A DNA stretch of 64,000 nucleotides from Lama guanicoe (GCA_013239625.1 MU056000.1:11545175-11609174); one strand, 5' to 3'. Shown: positions 26,266 to 40,716, numbered from the stretch's first letter. Program-made: numbers and translations. Notes: generated by a model not told the origin, from the letters alone.

Positions 26266-27307
26266 AGCTGCTGCAGCAGGGCCCTGTGAGCGATACAGTG
26301 GTAACCAGGGTGGGAGGTAATGACCAGTGATTAGACTCGGGGAAACTGTTAAAGGGTGAACCCGCAGACTTCACTAATGGAGTTAATGTGGGATACAAGG
26401 GAATGAAAGAATTTAGGGATGACACCAAGATTTTTGACCTAAGCAGCTAACTACCAGCATGCAATTTCCATTTGTGGAGATGGCAGGGGAGCAGGTTTTG
26501 GAGGAGAGATAATCAGTTCTGGTTTGGATAGATTTTGAGATGCCTTGTTTCCTATTTCAAAGAGAAAACAGGATCCACTAGGCAGAGGCCCCTGTATTTC
26601 CTTCCCCCAAAGCTACAGACTTACCTGCACCTCTCCCCTCTCTTTCCTCCTTCCCCTCTGGTTGAAGTTGAAGTTCAGCCACTGCTCCCAGGCTCCAGAT
26701 CCCATCCTCTCTGCCCTCCTCATGCTTCAGCACCCAAGTCCTGACAGCTTCTCAGTAGATGCCTTCTCCAGCTGCCCCAGGGACACCCGACTGCGCCTGT
26801 GGACCACCACCTCCCTTCACTCACCTATAACCTGACGTGTACAACACGATGGCACACCCCTACTCTGCATCTTCCTGCGAACCTGGGTCTTTCCATGGTC
26901 TCTGTGGATGGTGTCTGGCACATGGAGGGTGCTTCGTCAATGTTTGCGCTGCATGCAGATTAGTGGTTGAAAAGAGACAGAATGGATATAGGTGCAAGTT
27001 TTTATATATTGGAAAAGATTTTTAAACAAAGTATTTCCAGCGTATTCTTTTACCATGAATGGCTTTGAAATTTAAGACAGCCTGAGTTTGAATTTCAGTA
27101 TTCACAATTGAAAGTTCATTTTTTGTATCATAACTCATTGCATACTAGGATTTTAATGATTTTTAAGCAGTGAATTCAATTCTCTAAATGCACTCCCTCC
27201 ACCTTCTACCCAGAGTGTTTGAGTTTCTATGTAATCATTTTGTGGACTGTATATTTTGTTGAGTGGAAATCCTGCCAAATCCTTATCTCAGCATCGATTT
27301 GGGTCAT

Positions 27308-27388
27308 GTATGTGTATGTGTGTGTGTATGTGTGTGTGTGTGTGAGTGTGAGAGTGTGTATGAGTGTGAGAGTGTGTATGTGTCTGTG
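27308..27388. repeat. Degenerate (TG)n microsatellite
   Basis: Seen directly in the sequence. Confidence 0.9.
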
Positions 27389-28814
27389 TTGGGAGTTGGG
27401 GACTATGAAGACAGTGAGGGGAGATAATGGATTTAGACAAAAGGGAATCCAAAGGACAAGGCACTGGGAAGGAGGGGTGGCTAGGGCTGCATCTTCCTTT
27501 CAGGTGGACAGACCCACTGTGCACTCCTGTCTCCACCTCGTGCTCCCCACACATGTGTCCCAGAGAGAGGGTTTCTCATCTGCTGCTCCTCCTGATTTTT
27601 GAGTGAGTTGGTATGAACACAAAGGTGTACACTGGTTAGAAGTGCAGGCTGGCTAAATACCAGAGCAGTGCTAGTCTAATCTGTGTCTAAAGTCCCTTTA
27701 TCCAGTATTTTTTAACACAATGCTCCAAACAACAGTACCCACAATTATTCTCCGTTAAACGTGAGGTTGTTGATGCCTCTTCTTTAGTGGGTAAAGCATC
27801 CAGGACAAAGACCAACACCTGCAGAGCACAAATAATGGATTGTTGCTTTGACAGTGGATTTGCATCCCTGGTGTCTCTACTGAATAACCTGCCTTCTGGT
27901 CCCAGGTGGCAAGACTGAGAGCAGGGACCAGACTGATAGGACGATCTCCACCTCCCGGTGCCTCACCCAGGACGGTGCTCACGTAAAGTCAGATTCAAAC
28001 AAACAACACTCTCACTTCTAAGATCTGCCCCGAAATAGTGGTTGAATTTTCCTTCTTTCATGACTTCCTGATTTTTCCTTCACATTTCTACAAATTGTCA
28101 CATCCTTAACTCACCTGTGACACAGTTTTTTCAATTGAGAAAATATACTTTCAAGTATTGGTAGAATTTGCTATGTAAGAATCACAATGCTACCTGTAAA
28201 CATTATTCTATTATTTATCATTCAAAGGTTATTTTTAGAAAATAGAATGTAAACCATTTTATTTCATATGCTTTAACATCGAATCATCAATTACTTCAAA
28301 TGACCTACATGTTGAGCCCACGTTTCTAAGGAAAGCATAACCACCGCCTCCTCGTCTGTTCTGCCCTTGCCGACTAACGTGTTCCATTTCCCTCCATCAG
28401 GAGGATTAAAAGGTGGAAAATCCCCAGGTATCACTACTTAGCAGCCCGTTCCTGGGGAGTCAATAGCCTCATTTTTCCTTTCCTCTTTTCACTTGAAAAA
28501 TACTTATCTAGTAAAAGAGAAACACTTCTTGCTGCTGGAGAATGTATTTCCCGGGACTTCATTAAACCAAGTAATAGAATCGGTGTTTAAATGATTAAGT
28601 AGGAATATAAGCTTTTACAAAAAGAAAAGCTAATAAGATGGTACCCATAGAGATCAATGCACTAATAATTAACCAAAATAATTGTGATGTGTCTATGAGA
28701 GGGCTGTGCACGGGTGAGGCAGTATATTACACATGAAATGATGCAACATTTTGGTGAGCTTTTAGGGTTATAAGTATGCAGGACACCCTCCCTATGTAAC
28801 TATGTCCAGGTGTA

Positions 28815-29262
28815 CAGGCACACCTCATTTTATTGTACTTTATTGTGCTTTACAGACATTGTGTTTTTTCACAAATTGGAGGTCTAGGTCAACCCAGTGT
28901 AGAGCAAGTCTATCGGCACCATTTCTCCAACAGCATTTGCCCACGTTGTGTCTGTGTCACGTTTCGGTAATTCTTGGAACATTTCAGATGTTTTCATTAT
29001 TATCCTTGTTATGATGATCTGTGATCAGTGATCTTTTCTGTTATTATTATAACTTGAAGGTGTAGATGATGTTTAGCTTTTTTTAGATTTTTTAAATAAA
29101 CTTAAGTACATTGTGTTTTTAGAAGTAATGCTATTGCACACTTAATGGACTGCAGTAGAGTGTAAACATAACTTTCATAGGCTCTGGAAAACCAAAAAAT
29201 TCTAGTGACTCACTTTATTGTGGGTCTGGAGCTGAACCCACAATATCTTCAAAGTATGCCTG
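28815..29262 (+). mobile_element. Internally deleted Tigger1-derived DNA transposon (448 bp)
   Basis: TA TSDs at 28813-28814 and 29263-29264. TIRs are CAGGCACACCTC and AAAGTATGCCTG. Tigger1-type internal sequence agcaagtctatcggcaccattt. Confidence 0.9.
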
Positions 29263-29549
29263 TAAAACTATTTTATACCAATCATCTTTCTATAAGCTCT
29301 CTGTTTTGTTTTAGAAGTTAGAAAACAAGCTATAATTCCTAGAACTAGCATTCCTGGTGACAGGTTATTTCACTCACAAAAAAAAGTCATGCTCAAGTTT
29401 GCTGACCAGCATGAGGTATGAAGAGGACCAGTGCAGAGCCTCACAGAAAAGTCTTTGTGCTTCGCACTTGAGAGGCACTTTGGAACTTGCCCACAGCATC
29501 CTAACTCTTCCGCATTTGTAGCATGCTTGAAAAATTACACATGGAGCAA

Positions 29550-29881
29550 AAAGTTTGATAAAAATATATTTAAAACAAGCAAGAAAAAATAGTTTTGACC
29601 TTAAGGATAACTTTCATCATTCTTCTAACCAAGTAGAGTTAAATAATATGTATAATGATTTCAAGTACCAACTTATAAAAGATGTGATAAATCAGAAAGC
29701 AAAGAACAGGAGGACTCTATTTTTTCAGAAAAATGTATTTGCAATTCAAATGTTCATATAAAAAGCATAAATTTTAAAAAGTTCATAGATGTGTGTTTTT
29801 AGAAGTGCTATGGTTTTGCCATTCATTGCAATTACATTCCAAAATGTGCAGGGGGGTCCACACCACACCTTCTTAACTTTG
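29550..29881 (-). other. MARCHF11: MARCHF11 proximal 3' UTR (3' end not determinable)
   Basis: AU-rich unique sequence after the stop codon. Only variant poly(A) hexamers are seen on the minus strand before the Tigger element: AATACA at 29734-29739 and AATATA at 29565-29570. Confidence 0.55.
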
Positions 29882-30204
29882 TCACACTGAAGTCACTCTC
29901 ATGACAACCTCCCCCGAGCTGTTATCTTCTGACAGATCTTCATGGGGCCTCATCCGATTGAATAGATGTAATAACACATAGCCACACTGAAACCTTGGGG
30001 AGGTTAATTGTGTGGGGTGGACCAAGTTCCTGTTCCGTAGAGCCGTCAATGGCAACCATAAAGTCCTGCTTGTGGAAGACTCTCCGCGGCTGCTTTCTTC
30101 GATGTCTGTGGCTTTGTCGTAATTTAATACATCCCAGTGTAAGTTAACAGCTCGCCAACGCTTAAACACTCTGTAAACTGCAGCTCCTTCATGGACAATG
30201 AGAC
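29882..30204 (-). CDS. MARCHF11: MARCHF11 terminal coding exon (cytoplasmic tail)
   Basis: Acceptor ttttag|GT (plus-strand CT at 30205-30206) joins the phase-1 G of the previous exon to give GGT. Translates to (G)[109 protein letters not shown]. Contains a YxxPhi motif (YVLL, 29969-29980) and the C-terminal PDZ-binding motif TSV. Confidence 0.97.
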
Positions 30205-30739
30205 CTAAAATTCAAGGAGAAAAGAAAAATGTCTGGTCATACTCATAAGTTGGGTATGTTATTTTGCATACAAGAGATTAAAGAAATGGTCAGTTCTCAG
30301 TTACTCATCATGGTCTAAAGCATGGAATTCGGACTTCTCAAATAGTATGTCTAATGGAAAGCTATTACTCATATTGCACAGGAGTGGTCAATATTCAGAA
30401 ATAAGAATGCCCTACCAGGCAGACAGTCAAGCCATCATGAGTATAATTTACTTGCTCACTATGGCTCGGAACATACTTTGGGCATTTATGATGCCCTGCA
30501 TTTTTCACACATATTTCAGCGTGAAGTCCAAAAGCTTTTGAATTCGTGATCCATCACAAAAAGGAGTCCCTGGCGGGGAGGTCCCTTCAGATAGACAAGT
30601 GAGTAGGTGCTTCTCTTTCAAAGGAATTGAAGTTCCTTTTGAAAGCTAATGGAAAGGCCAACAAAGTTTTTCTTAAGATGGAACGTGGCACGTATGCAGG
30701 GCGTGTCAGTTGATAACAACCGTTTTTTAACCAAAAATT

Positions 30740-31305
30740 GACAACGAGAAGGTCCTATGTTCATTTACTTTGGGTATATATCCTAGAGAAACACTCATAA
30801 ATAAATAGAAAAAAAGGATGTATGTTAAAACATGTTTATTACATATTTGTTTGTATTTGAGAAAAAAGATTGCAAACAGTCTCAATGTCCATCCTGAGAA
30901 GAATGGAAAAATTGTAGTGTTTGGACGCAAAGGAAGACAGCAATAAAAGAGAAGGGAACAAACTCAATGCACTAATGTGGATAAATCTTAAAATAACACT
31001 GTAAATCTTAAAGCCGTATAAAAAAATGAAAATTTCAGAAATATAAATAATTGGAGTGAAGAAATACTATACATTTTTAGGGATACAGTCTATATATGGT
31101 AAAAATGTAAAAATGCACATGAGAAGAATAATCATTAAATTCGTGATAGTGGGGAAGGAAAAAGATGAAATCAGGGCGAGGCTTCAAAGACGACTTTTGA
31201 ATGTATCTCTAATGTCACTTTTTTTTTTTCATCTGGGTAGTGAATGAATGTTTAACATGCTATTCTGTATACTTTTGGTGCACCGGAATAATTCATAATT
31301 TCAAA
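30740..31305 (+). mobile_element. Ancient L1M 3' UTR fragment
   Basis: tttgggtatatatcctagagaaacactc...aaatgtccatc...tggataaatcttaaaa. Confidence 0.65.
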
Positions 31306-33759
31306 AGTCACAGAGAATTTATCAGGAAAATTGACCTAAGATGTGTTGAGGAATAGACAACAGAAGTAGGGGAGACAGACACGGAGGTTAAGACATTGTA
31401 GGTGAGGAGCAGAGGGGCAGCAGGAAACAGAATACAGAGAAACAAACTAACCAACTTGTCGGGGGAAAAACTAACAGAAATTGTATTGCAAGAAGGGGAA
31501 GAAAATCAGTCTCACATTTTTAAGGCTGGAGGAATGGGTGATTGAAAGAATGGTTGTAACCTTCCCTTAGGTACAAGTAAGGGTTTTGAACACTTTTTTG
31601 TTGGGGAGAGTATTTCTTTTTTTGTCAGCTAAACTAATGCCAGGTAAGCAATGGAGATGTCCAGCCTTTGAAAAATCACACCTACCTAATAGAATTCAAG
31701 TTTTACATCGTTCCCTTACCAGGAGATAGACTTCTGACACACGTGACTTAAGAGCATTCCAAAGATATTAACATAGGCCACTAAAAATGCATGTAGTCTA
31801 ATAAATAAAAATGTCTTAAACCTAGTTAAGTACATCCCCAAAATTTTTAAAAGAAATGTAAAGTTCTATTAATCATCGCAATTCAAATAATTGTTTGATT
31901 CCTTTTTCCTAAGAGTTGATCCATCTGACCAGATGTTTTTGGAAAACAGCCAGAATTATAAGTCAAGACTACCAGATTTCAACTGATAATTCTAATTTTA
32001 GCTTTCTGAAGTCTCCATGGACAATGATTTAGCTTTTCTGGGTTTTTTTTTTCCTCCTTAAAATGCAACTGGAATTCCTAATCTATACATTCAGCACAAT
32101 GGTATGAAGATAAATTGGAATTCATCAACTATAAAGCACTCCGATTTCCTTGGAGATGATAACTAATGTAAATATAAGACATTATTATTAATTAAAAAAA
32201 TCAATAGTGGATCTGTGTGTTGAGGAACATTCATTCACACTAATCACAAAGCCATTATAGTCTGTGTCAGGTTCATTCTGGATAACTGCAGTGATGGGGG
32301 CCTGGCTTCACCAGGGGAAACCACTCATTTCACAGAATCCTATTTTTTTTTATTATTATTGATTTCCTTTGAAAGGCCAGCAATCAGATCATTCACTTGA
32401 GCTCAAAGTCATTTTCTGGGAACATATTCCTGGTAGCCTTTTTCTAAATACATAAATCTACCCAACCTGCAGAAATAAATCCCATAGGTCTTTATAGTAC
32501 ATTTTGAACCTATTTTAAAGAAAGAGAACTACTTGAAGTTTTCATGAAGACGTAGTCGTCCTGAATTTCCAGCTCCAGGTGCTGGTTCTGAATTGTATTC
32601 AAGTTATGAAGGATGTTTAGATTTTGCCTTATTCCTTGTGAATGTTTAGAATTACTTCTCACCATTTAGAGGCTTAAATTTTACTGAAATTTACTGAGGA
32701 ACCCCATCCCACCCCCAAACTTATCTTCTGTAATGTATACTTTTCCCCTTTCTCCTTTAGATTTTCTAGTAAAAGTCATCTGTACTAGTGGTTATGAGAA
32801 GACTTGACTACTATGATCATTGAAATCCAGAGGTAACAATTCGTTTAACTCTAGTTCCTGTGTTGAGAATCCAGCTATTGAACATCCTGCTGCCCTCCTT
32901 TCTTACTGATGATCGGTCCCCTCCGGTTTTATAACTGACCAGTTTGCTTCGTTCAGTAGCCTTCACTCTAATACCTCAAGTCAAGCCTTAAAATGAATTT
33001 GTCACCTTGACATTTCAGGTCACATGAAAACAGGCTTAGATTTACTTCTTCATCTGAGCCACTAACCCTGAAGGGGAAAGCAATGATAATTACTATAAAA
33101 TGTAAATATTAAATATTTTATGACACTTGCTACATTATTAATGGCAAAGATGCCAACAAGGTGTGATTCATGGGAATCTGGCATTTTGCAGCTTGAGAAT
33201 GTGTATGTATCTGTGTATGTCTGGTTGGTTGCTTCTAATCATTTTCTTGTCAGAAACATGTAATTGGAGCATCCCCTATTGATGTGCAAAGGAACATTTT
33301 TGTTAGGGAATAATCTTTAACAAAAGAGCAGGTTTAAATAGTTTCTGGTTTCACTGAAATAAAAGCACACTGTTTATATAAGTAAAGTATATCCTAAATT
33401 TGGAAGTAGTGAGTTAGTTGAAATTCTTGGTGGTAGGAACTGAGCTGGTTACCCAAGAAGTAATGGAAAACTATCAAGGTACATGCGTTCACGTGTGTGC
33501 ATGTATCTCTATGTGTGTGTGCACACACATACATGCACACACTGTTTGTCTATATTTATTTCAATATAGACAAATGATATATTATAATTAAACAAGGCTT
33601 GAAAAATATATGGTCAAATATAAACAAATTTTGATAGTAACTACCAAACCACCAGTCTAATCATTTCATTTCTTGTGTTGCCAGTCTTGGTTCTTGTTTG
33701 AATAGATCTGGTTATTTTTCATAATTTAAAAAGTAAAATTTTTATCAGGGATTTGTTCT

Positions 33760-33960
33760 GTGTCAAGCGCTGTGCTGGGTACTTCACATGCACGACTCTC
33801 ATTTAATCTTGACTGCAACCCTATACACAGATACTACTATTGAATAGTCTCACAGTTAAGGAAATTGAGACCTAGAGAGATTTAGCAAATTGTCCAACAT
33901 TGTGAAGATATTAGCTCTGAGATTGAAGCCCAAAGCTTGTCTATTGTGAGAGCTGCAATC
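33760..33960 (-). mobile_element. MIR SINE
   Basis: ctcatttaatctt...caaccctat...aaggaaattgagacctagagagatttagcaaattgtccaa. Confidence 0.7.
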
Positions 33961-34029
33961 CTACTCATGCTAAATTTCCAACGTACAGCACTCTCTCCTA
34001 GACATAGAATGACCAACTGAGAGACATCT

Positions 34030-34409
34030 TGCTATGGATTGAATGTATGTATCTCCGCAGAATTCGTATGTTGAAGCCCTAATCCCCAACATGATGGTAT
34101 TTGGAAGTGGGATCGTTGGGAGGTCATTGGAATTATATAAAGTCATGAGGGTGTTTAACGTCCTTATAAAAAGAGGAAGTGACAAAATTTTTCCGTGTGT
34201 GTGTGTGTGTGTACACCAAAGAAAGATCACGTGAGGACATAGCAAGAAGACGGCTGTCTGCAAACCAGGAAGAGAGCCCTCATCAGACTTAATACGCCAG
34301 CACCTTGACTTTGGATTTCCCACTGCCTTCACTGTAAGAAATAAATGTTTATTGTTTAAGAGACCCTGGCTGCGGTGCTTCATTACAGCAGCTCAGACAG
34401 AACAGGATG
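34030..34409 (+). mobile_element. MLT1A-type MaLR LTR with an internal (TG)n
   Basis: tgctatggattgaatgt...aattcgtatgttgaagccctaatccccaa...actgtaagaaataaatgtttattgtttaag. Confidence 0.88.
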
Positions 34410-36799
34410 GACCTAGTATATAAACTACATAGCCCTTATTTACAATATGAGTAAACTAAGTCCCAGAGACTATGATTTGGAAAAAGTTACACAATTAGTT
34501 GCCACTTTTAATATCCTTGAGTGTCACTGACACTGTTCTATTTCTAGGAGTGCCAATAAAACTGCCCCTCCCAACCCTCCCCATCCTAGGAGAGAAAAGG
34601 GTTGTGGAGTCTTATATGAAGGCAACACTATCAGTGGTGAGCACTTCATCTGGTAATCTGTACCAACCTGAGCTTTCCCAGGAAATGCAAGATCCTGGTA
34701 ACACAGGTTAATGGCTAAAGGCAAAATGCCTGTGAGCAGTTCAGTCACCACCACTCTTGGGAATGCCAACAGACTCCCAGCTCATAGCAGATATTTGGCC
34801 AGAAAAGGCTCTTGACTGCGAAAATGTCCAGTATTTCTCAGTTAAATTTAACCATTTTCCCTGGCCAACATTCTTCTCTCTTTCCCTCTCCCTCTCCCTC
34901 TCTGTCTCTTTCCACCTCTCTCAGTGACATTTCCACATAACCAAACTCTATAAATATAGCCTGTGCCGTTCTGAAAAGTCAGTGTGCACCAGAAGCAGGA
35001 TGGTGACTTTGAGTCCCATTTAATCTCACTTAAGACAAAAAAATTAGAGAAGATTAGAGTCAATCTCACAACCTGGCTCCATTGTTCACTCCTAATTCCC
35101 ACTACTACTTGGTGAAGACCAGAGTGTGGTTGCACAAAAGAGGGTTAACTAAACAAGACTGTGGCCCAAGATCCCCTTTGCTGGAATAATCTTTGCTAGG
35201 ATGTAATATATTACATTAATTCTCCTGGCACATTTTCCTAAGGCACCGGTCATTCAAATGCCCAACAGCTATGGGGACTTAGATGTAAGTGTAGCGGTAA
35301 TCACTTTAAAAGTCACTTCTCTATTGTTGAATTTTGTTAATATGAATCCTGAAGAAATAACCACAAGTCATTTCTATGTATAATGGATGTTTATTTTTGT
35401 TAGACTCAACTATATATGAAGCTTAAAGAAAAATATCAGAAAAGCAACAAAAAACAAAAAATATAAAACTTAAGAGATATAAAGATCAAAAGACAATACA
35501 TACTCCATCAGAAAAACCACTAAGTCCACCAAAGAAAGCTATCATCAGTTGATAGTCTAAAACCCAGGCCTCTGGGAACTACAACGTTCTGATCACACAT
35601 GGGGATTTTGTGAACACATATTTCCAATGCTGCCAATCAGAACAAATAATGAAAAGAAATATCCTACATAAAATGCACTTGTATCTATAAAAGATGAGTT
35701 GATTTTTGTTTTGTTGAATATTATATGTATCTATATCTTCCCCCACTCCCAGAACCAGGTTGAGAATGGCAGGCTGGTCATGAGGGTTTAAAGCTCAAGG
35801 GTTCAGATACAGATCATCATTAGCATTGGTTAAAAAAAATTTTTCTGTCTATCATATCAAAATAATATGATAAGGACAACAAATTATTCAGAAACTTCCC
35901 ACAACATGAAACTTGACACTAGAGGCCGGCTAATGTCCAAATATAGATGAGCTAATCCACCCCACCTCCAAAGTGGAGAACAGCATACATGAAGAAATGA
36001 TTATTATAATAGTTAAGGCTCTAAATGACTGTTTTTTCCTAAGAAACATACAAGAAAAGCCCTGGTGCTGACTTTACGACACTGCAACCCTCTACGTCTT
36101 CCTCTCCCTCAGTGAAATCTGCAGTCAGTCATCAGCCTGGATTCAAAGAGCACTGGGTCGTCAGTGCTGATGGCATCCTGGCCTGGGAACAGAACAGGAT
36201 GGCAAAGGCAAACTTTAATGTGGAGTATAACCTCTCACCAGCTGCCAGGGAGGGAAGCGCAGTCTTTTCTAGAAGGTCTGAACACAGGTTGAGTTTGCTT
36301 CTCAACCTGCCATCCCTATTTCAGTTCGTGACCATCCCCCAGTTAGGTTGAAACCTGAATCATCTATAGACTAGTCTATCCTCTGGGCACTGAATTCTGC
36401 TAATTCTGTCTTCTTAGCAAATCTGGGATAAAACAGAGTATTATCTCTCTGTGGCCCCAATCAGCCATGTATTCCCTGAAGACTGGAAGGAACCCTCTTC
36501 CTACTTCAATGACCGATACAAAGTAGGAGCTCAATAAATCTTTGCTAAATGAGAAGGAATAAGAAAGAGAAGAGTGACCGTCACTGGAATCTCAAGGATG
36601 ACAAGACTGACTCTATCTAGGGATGACAGTGCTGTTAAAACACAAAAGGTCTCAAATATTGTTCTTTCATATGTTAGAGTAACACCTTGAGATACCAAAG
36701 AGAGACTAAAATATACACTCCAAGACTGGAAATGAAAAGGGTTTAGGGATCTGAACCCACATTGCTCAACAGTGGGTTTTGCCCCAGTCCCTCCAAAAT

Positions 36800-36825
36800 A
36801 CACACACACACACACACACACACAC
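36800..36825. repeat. (AC)n microsatellite
   Basis: Seen directly in the sequence. Confidence 0.9.
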
Positions 36826-38069
36826 GGCCTAGAAGAAGTAGAAGAGCTAAAGTCTTTACAAGGATTTGTTTTCAGCCTCTGTAAATTGTAGGAGCCTCTC
36901 CCACTGTCTTGTTGACCTAATCATCAAATGTTTGCTTGAGTCAAACAATCATTAACCCAGATAATTACAAGATGCCTAGGCCCATGCCTAACACCTAAGA
37001 GATGGACAGGAGATGGGAAGATTGCAGTGACCTTCACAACATATAAAGTAAGTAACTCTGCAAATCTCAATGTAACAATATTTGGTTGAAAACCCTATCA
37101 ATGTCTATCTTCTGTGTTAATGCTTTAAGGATTGGAAATCTGCTTTAGTAGATTTCCATTTGCTTTCCACATTCTGAACCAAAGCGAGTCCTTAGAAGGA
37201 GGCTATTGGTGGACTTTTTCTGTGGCAAGTAGAAATCTGTATATCTAATTTTCCTTTTCATCTCCAATGGATAAACTATCTACTGCAAACTTGCAGGTCG
37301 TGATTTCATTAATCTTCAAGTTGGCAATGCATGTATTGATTGTCCCATTTCATGGGGTGAGAACAACATTTTAAAAGATTTAACTGAAATATCTAATTAA
37401 AATCTGTTTACTTTTGTAACCTGACATAGGCTATTTCACTTTTGTTGGCTTTGCTTTTCATTTCTCTTAAATCATATGAGCTATGGGTAAAAATATAAAC
37501 AAAAGCTGACATCTAAGCATAAGTAAAATTTCTAATTCTCTCAGGGTTGTTAAGTGAAAATATCAATGAAATTTTAGCCTGAATATAAAAATGTTAAGAC
37601 CTTAGGTTTCCATAACATTCTATTCTGTGATCTAGCAAGAAAATTCAAGGTTGAGATGTGATTCTTAATACTAGCAATTCTTATCAAGAAACTGTTTCAC
37701 TTAGACAATGAAAAGAGAAAGAAATGGCTTTTGGTATGGTATATTAAATATTTCATTCTCTTTAATAATATTTCTGTATGTTTTTGGTTCTATTAATTGG
37801 AATAAATAAATAAAGACTACACAAAATAGATCATTACTTTGGGTTTTTAGGGAAATTTTTTTCTCTATTTCTGATCTAAAATCAGTAGTTAAAAAAAGTA
37901 TATATTGCTGATACCATGCCTTAGGTGTTTGAGACAGCAACCTAAAGACATTGTTTCACTTTACTGAATAGACAACATTTTGTAAATTAGCTATTCAAGC
38001 TCAGCATATAAGGAGAGTTTTTTTTTAAACCAAATAATAAGTAGAATTAACTGAATCACATATTTTTAC

Positions 38070-38272
38070 ACAGGCTCTGGAGTGACAGTGCCTGGAGTCC
38101 AATCTTGGGCCCCTCTTCTGTGTGACCTCCAGAAACTAGTCAATGGTACCTTAGTTTTCTCATCTGGGAGATGAACACCCACACCTCACAGGGCTGTTGA
38201 GAGGACTAAGTGTGGAAACTGATGTAAAGTGCTTAGAATGTCACCTGGATCACAGTAAACATGATCTTAGCC
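38070..38272 (+). mobile_element. MIR SINE
   Basis: caggctctggagt...tgtgtgacct...ccttagttttctcatctg...cacctcacagggctgttg...tgtaaagtgcttagaa. Confidence 0.75.
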
Positions 38273-40074
38273 ATCATTGGAGATTCGGTTTTTAAAACCT
38301 CCTTTTCACATACTTGGAAGCAGTAGAAGGCATATATGGGCTCCGTTTCTATGCTCATGACCCCAGAGGACCCCTGCCAGCACATCCATAGTCCTGTATC
38401 CTCTGTGTTCTACGTAGGAGCATCATTTAGAAAAGTGATCATGTTCACACTCTCCTCAATCAGAAAGTTCTTTGCTGCAAAATAATCTGAAGCCAGGAGG
38501 TCCCCAAAGAGGTGGGTCCCAGTTCTGAAAAACAATCTCTAGGTTCTTAGGTTAAGGGAACTGCCTTTTCATGTCATGGTTTCCAATAGCACACAGTCTA
38601 CTCTGCTGTCTCTTTCAAGGAAAACTTCCCATTTCCATGTTGACTTGGCCTCTTTGATAACCTAATTTCAGAGTCGCCTAGGAATGTACTCGGATCTCTA
38701 AAGTTGTTGCAATTGTTTTGAGCCTCATGTGTTTAGAAATCAAACAATCAGTCTTCTGGAAAATAGTCAAGTCAAAGTAGGAGTAAAGTCAAACAAAACA
38801 CAAACACACATGCACAGGCACACACATGTGCACACGCACGCATGCACGCATGCTTGCATACAGAGGGCAGCCACAAAAGATGTCCCCTCCTGGCCTCTCG
38901 GCACCTCCCGCAATCTCAGATGATTTGTGCCCTGGCTCCTGGAGCTCCTCAGCCCCATAGACCCAAACCCTCCAGGTCCATGTGGATGACTTGACCATGC
39001 TCTGACTTGCATAACCCTTGTCCCACCTTCACCCCAGCCCAGGACTTTCCCTTCCAGAAGCCATTCCAGTTGCAAGCTCTGAAACTCCACCACCATTGCT
39101 GACAACAAACTCCTTCAGTGCTTCTCACTTACCGACTTTCTTAATCTCAACAAATGCACCCTGTTCCACCTCCTGAAAACTTTGAGCCCCTATGTTGGAC
39201 AATCTTTCCCCAGTCTGCCAGCTTCTTTCTGGCTCTGGTTCCTTCCCGAGCCACTGAGAAAGCACACCCCATCCTGTGATCCCTCTCCCACCACTCGAGG
39301 TGAACGGCAATGTTGATCTCACTGCTGATCCTCCAGCAACTCTGTGTATAAAACCTCCTGCTAGCCCAGCCTTACCATTTCACCACATTGTACTTACTCC
39401 TCAACTCTAATGGGTGAAAATACACAACCAACCCTCCCCAGCCTCAGGAGGGCACTCAGTCATGCCCAGTGATTCTTCCTGTCTCCTAGCTCAGTCTCCT
39501 CTCCCCAAAGCCCCCGACAGCTGATTATCATTTTTAATGCTCCCCTCAGACTCCCTTCCCCACACTGTTCCTTCTCTGTCTCAACAGATACCTAAACTAC
39601 CTGCTTGCCTGAGAAACAGGAGATCTGCAAGGAAGCCCTTCAGTTTATTCTCCCGGAGCAGCACAAGCAGCCATGTCCAACTGTACCCACCCTCTCTTCC
39701 TGCCTGCCCATCTCACGGGCATGCGGACGCGTCCTGTGCAAGACAGACCACTTCCTTGCATGCTGGGTTCCATCTCTGCATCTCAGGGGCATCAGGTTGT
39801 TCCTTCCCAACTGGATCTTAAATCTTTCTTCCAATTTCATCTGGGTCTGTCCTCTCAGCATTTGCTCAAACCTAACTCTGCCATTAAAACAGATAAATAG
39901 AACCTTTCTTAATTCCACACACATCTCTCTAGATTTTACCCTCATACCTGTGTTCTTTTTCAGCCAAGTTTATAAATCAGCTTATACTGGGAGCCCCTTT
40001 CTGCCTATCTCAGCCATTCTCAGCCTACTGTAACCTTGTGTCTATCCATTCAACCCCATATTGCCGAATCCAGT

Positions 40075-40716
40075 TGAGACGATGGTCAGAGCAGAGCCAT
40101 TCAAGGAATGACACAGCAATTCACACCAAAATGGCAGAAGATTCAACTCCCAGTAGGCTTAAGATGGGAGGAGGTTTGACTTCTAATAGAACTTGAGCTT
40201 CATTATACACCCATTGTAATATATTAACATGATGAATAACATGCCCACAGGTGCCATGACCGTCCCAAGGTTAACCACAAAAGGTCAAAGAGTGGGCGAT
40301 GGCCCAATTTCTGGGACTCCCAGCCCCTTCCCCAGGGCAGCTGGAACAGTCCTCCCACTTGTAGGCGTGTGAAGCTACCGAGCCCATAAAAACTGGCAAC
40401 AGCACCCCTCATGGCCACCTCTCTTGCTCCCTCCTCTTCAGAGAGACAGCCACACCCTGTCTATGGAGTGTATACTTTTCCTTTAACCTGAGCACCCAAC
40501 CCCCACACCTCGTGGCCCTTCTCTCACCTTCTGAAGCAGCCTACACTCTAGGCAGTATGTATGTCTAAATAAATCTACCTTTACTCAGCTGTGGCTCGCT
40601 CTTGAATTCTTCCCTGCGCGAAGCCAAGGAAGCACACTTGGCGGGGCACGTCCCAGGGACTCGACGGACACCTAGGACAAGGCCCTCCTCATGCCCACAT
40701 CTGTCTTCCTGCAGCA
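40075..40716 (+). mobile_element. Solo ERV1 LTR (642 bp) with 4-bp TSD CAGT, inserted in an L2
   Basis: TG...CA termini, CAGT at 40071-40074 and 40717-40720, TATA-like cataaaaa (~40385) and AATAAA (~40568). The flanks rejoin into continuous L2-like sequence. Confidence 0.9.

Larger units (their letters stand above)
24965..26535 (-). mobile_element. L2 fragment, interrupted by an MLT1
   Basis: Starts with the reverse complement of the L2 tail (attcatttatt...gtatttgttgaatgcccac) and contains ccagtgcaaaag..ctg.agcaggaatgtg and gatgacaccaagatttttgacctaagcagct. Confidence 0.75.

Noticed and set aside
3199..28000. Many 60-160 aa ORFs in the downstream region
   Set aside because: None has recognisable homology, many lie in microsatellites or transposable elements, and their lengths are compatible with chance.
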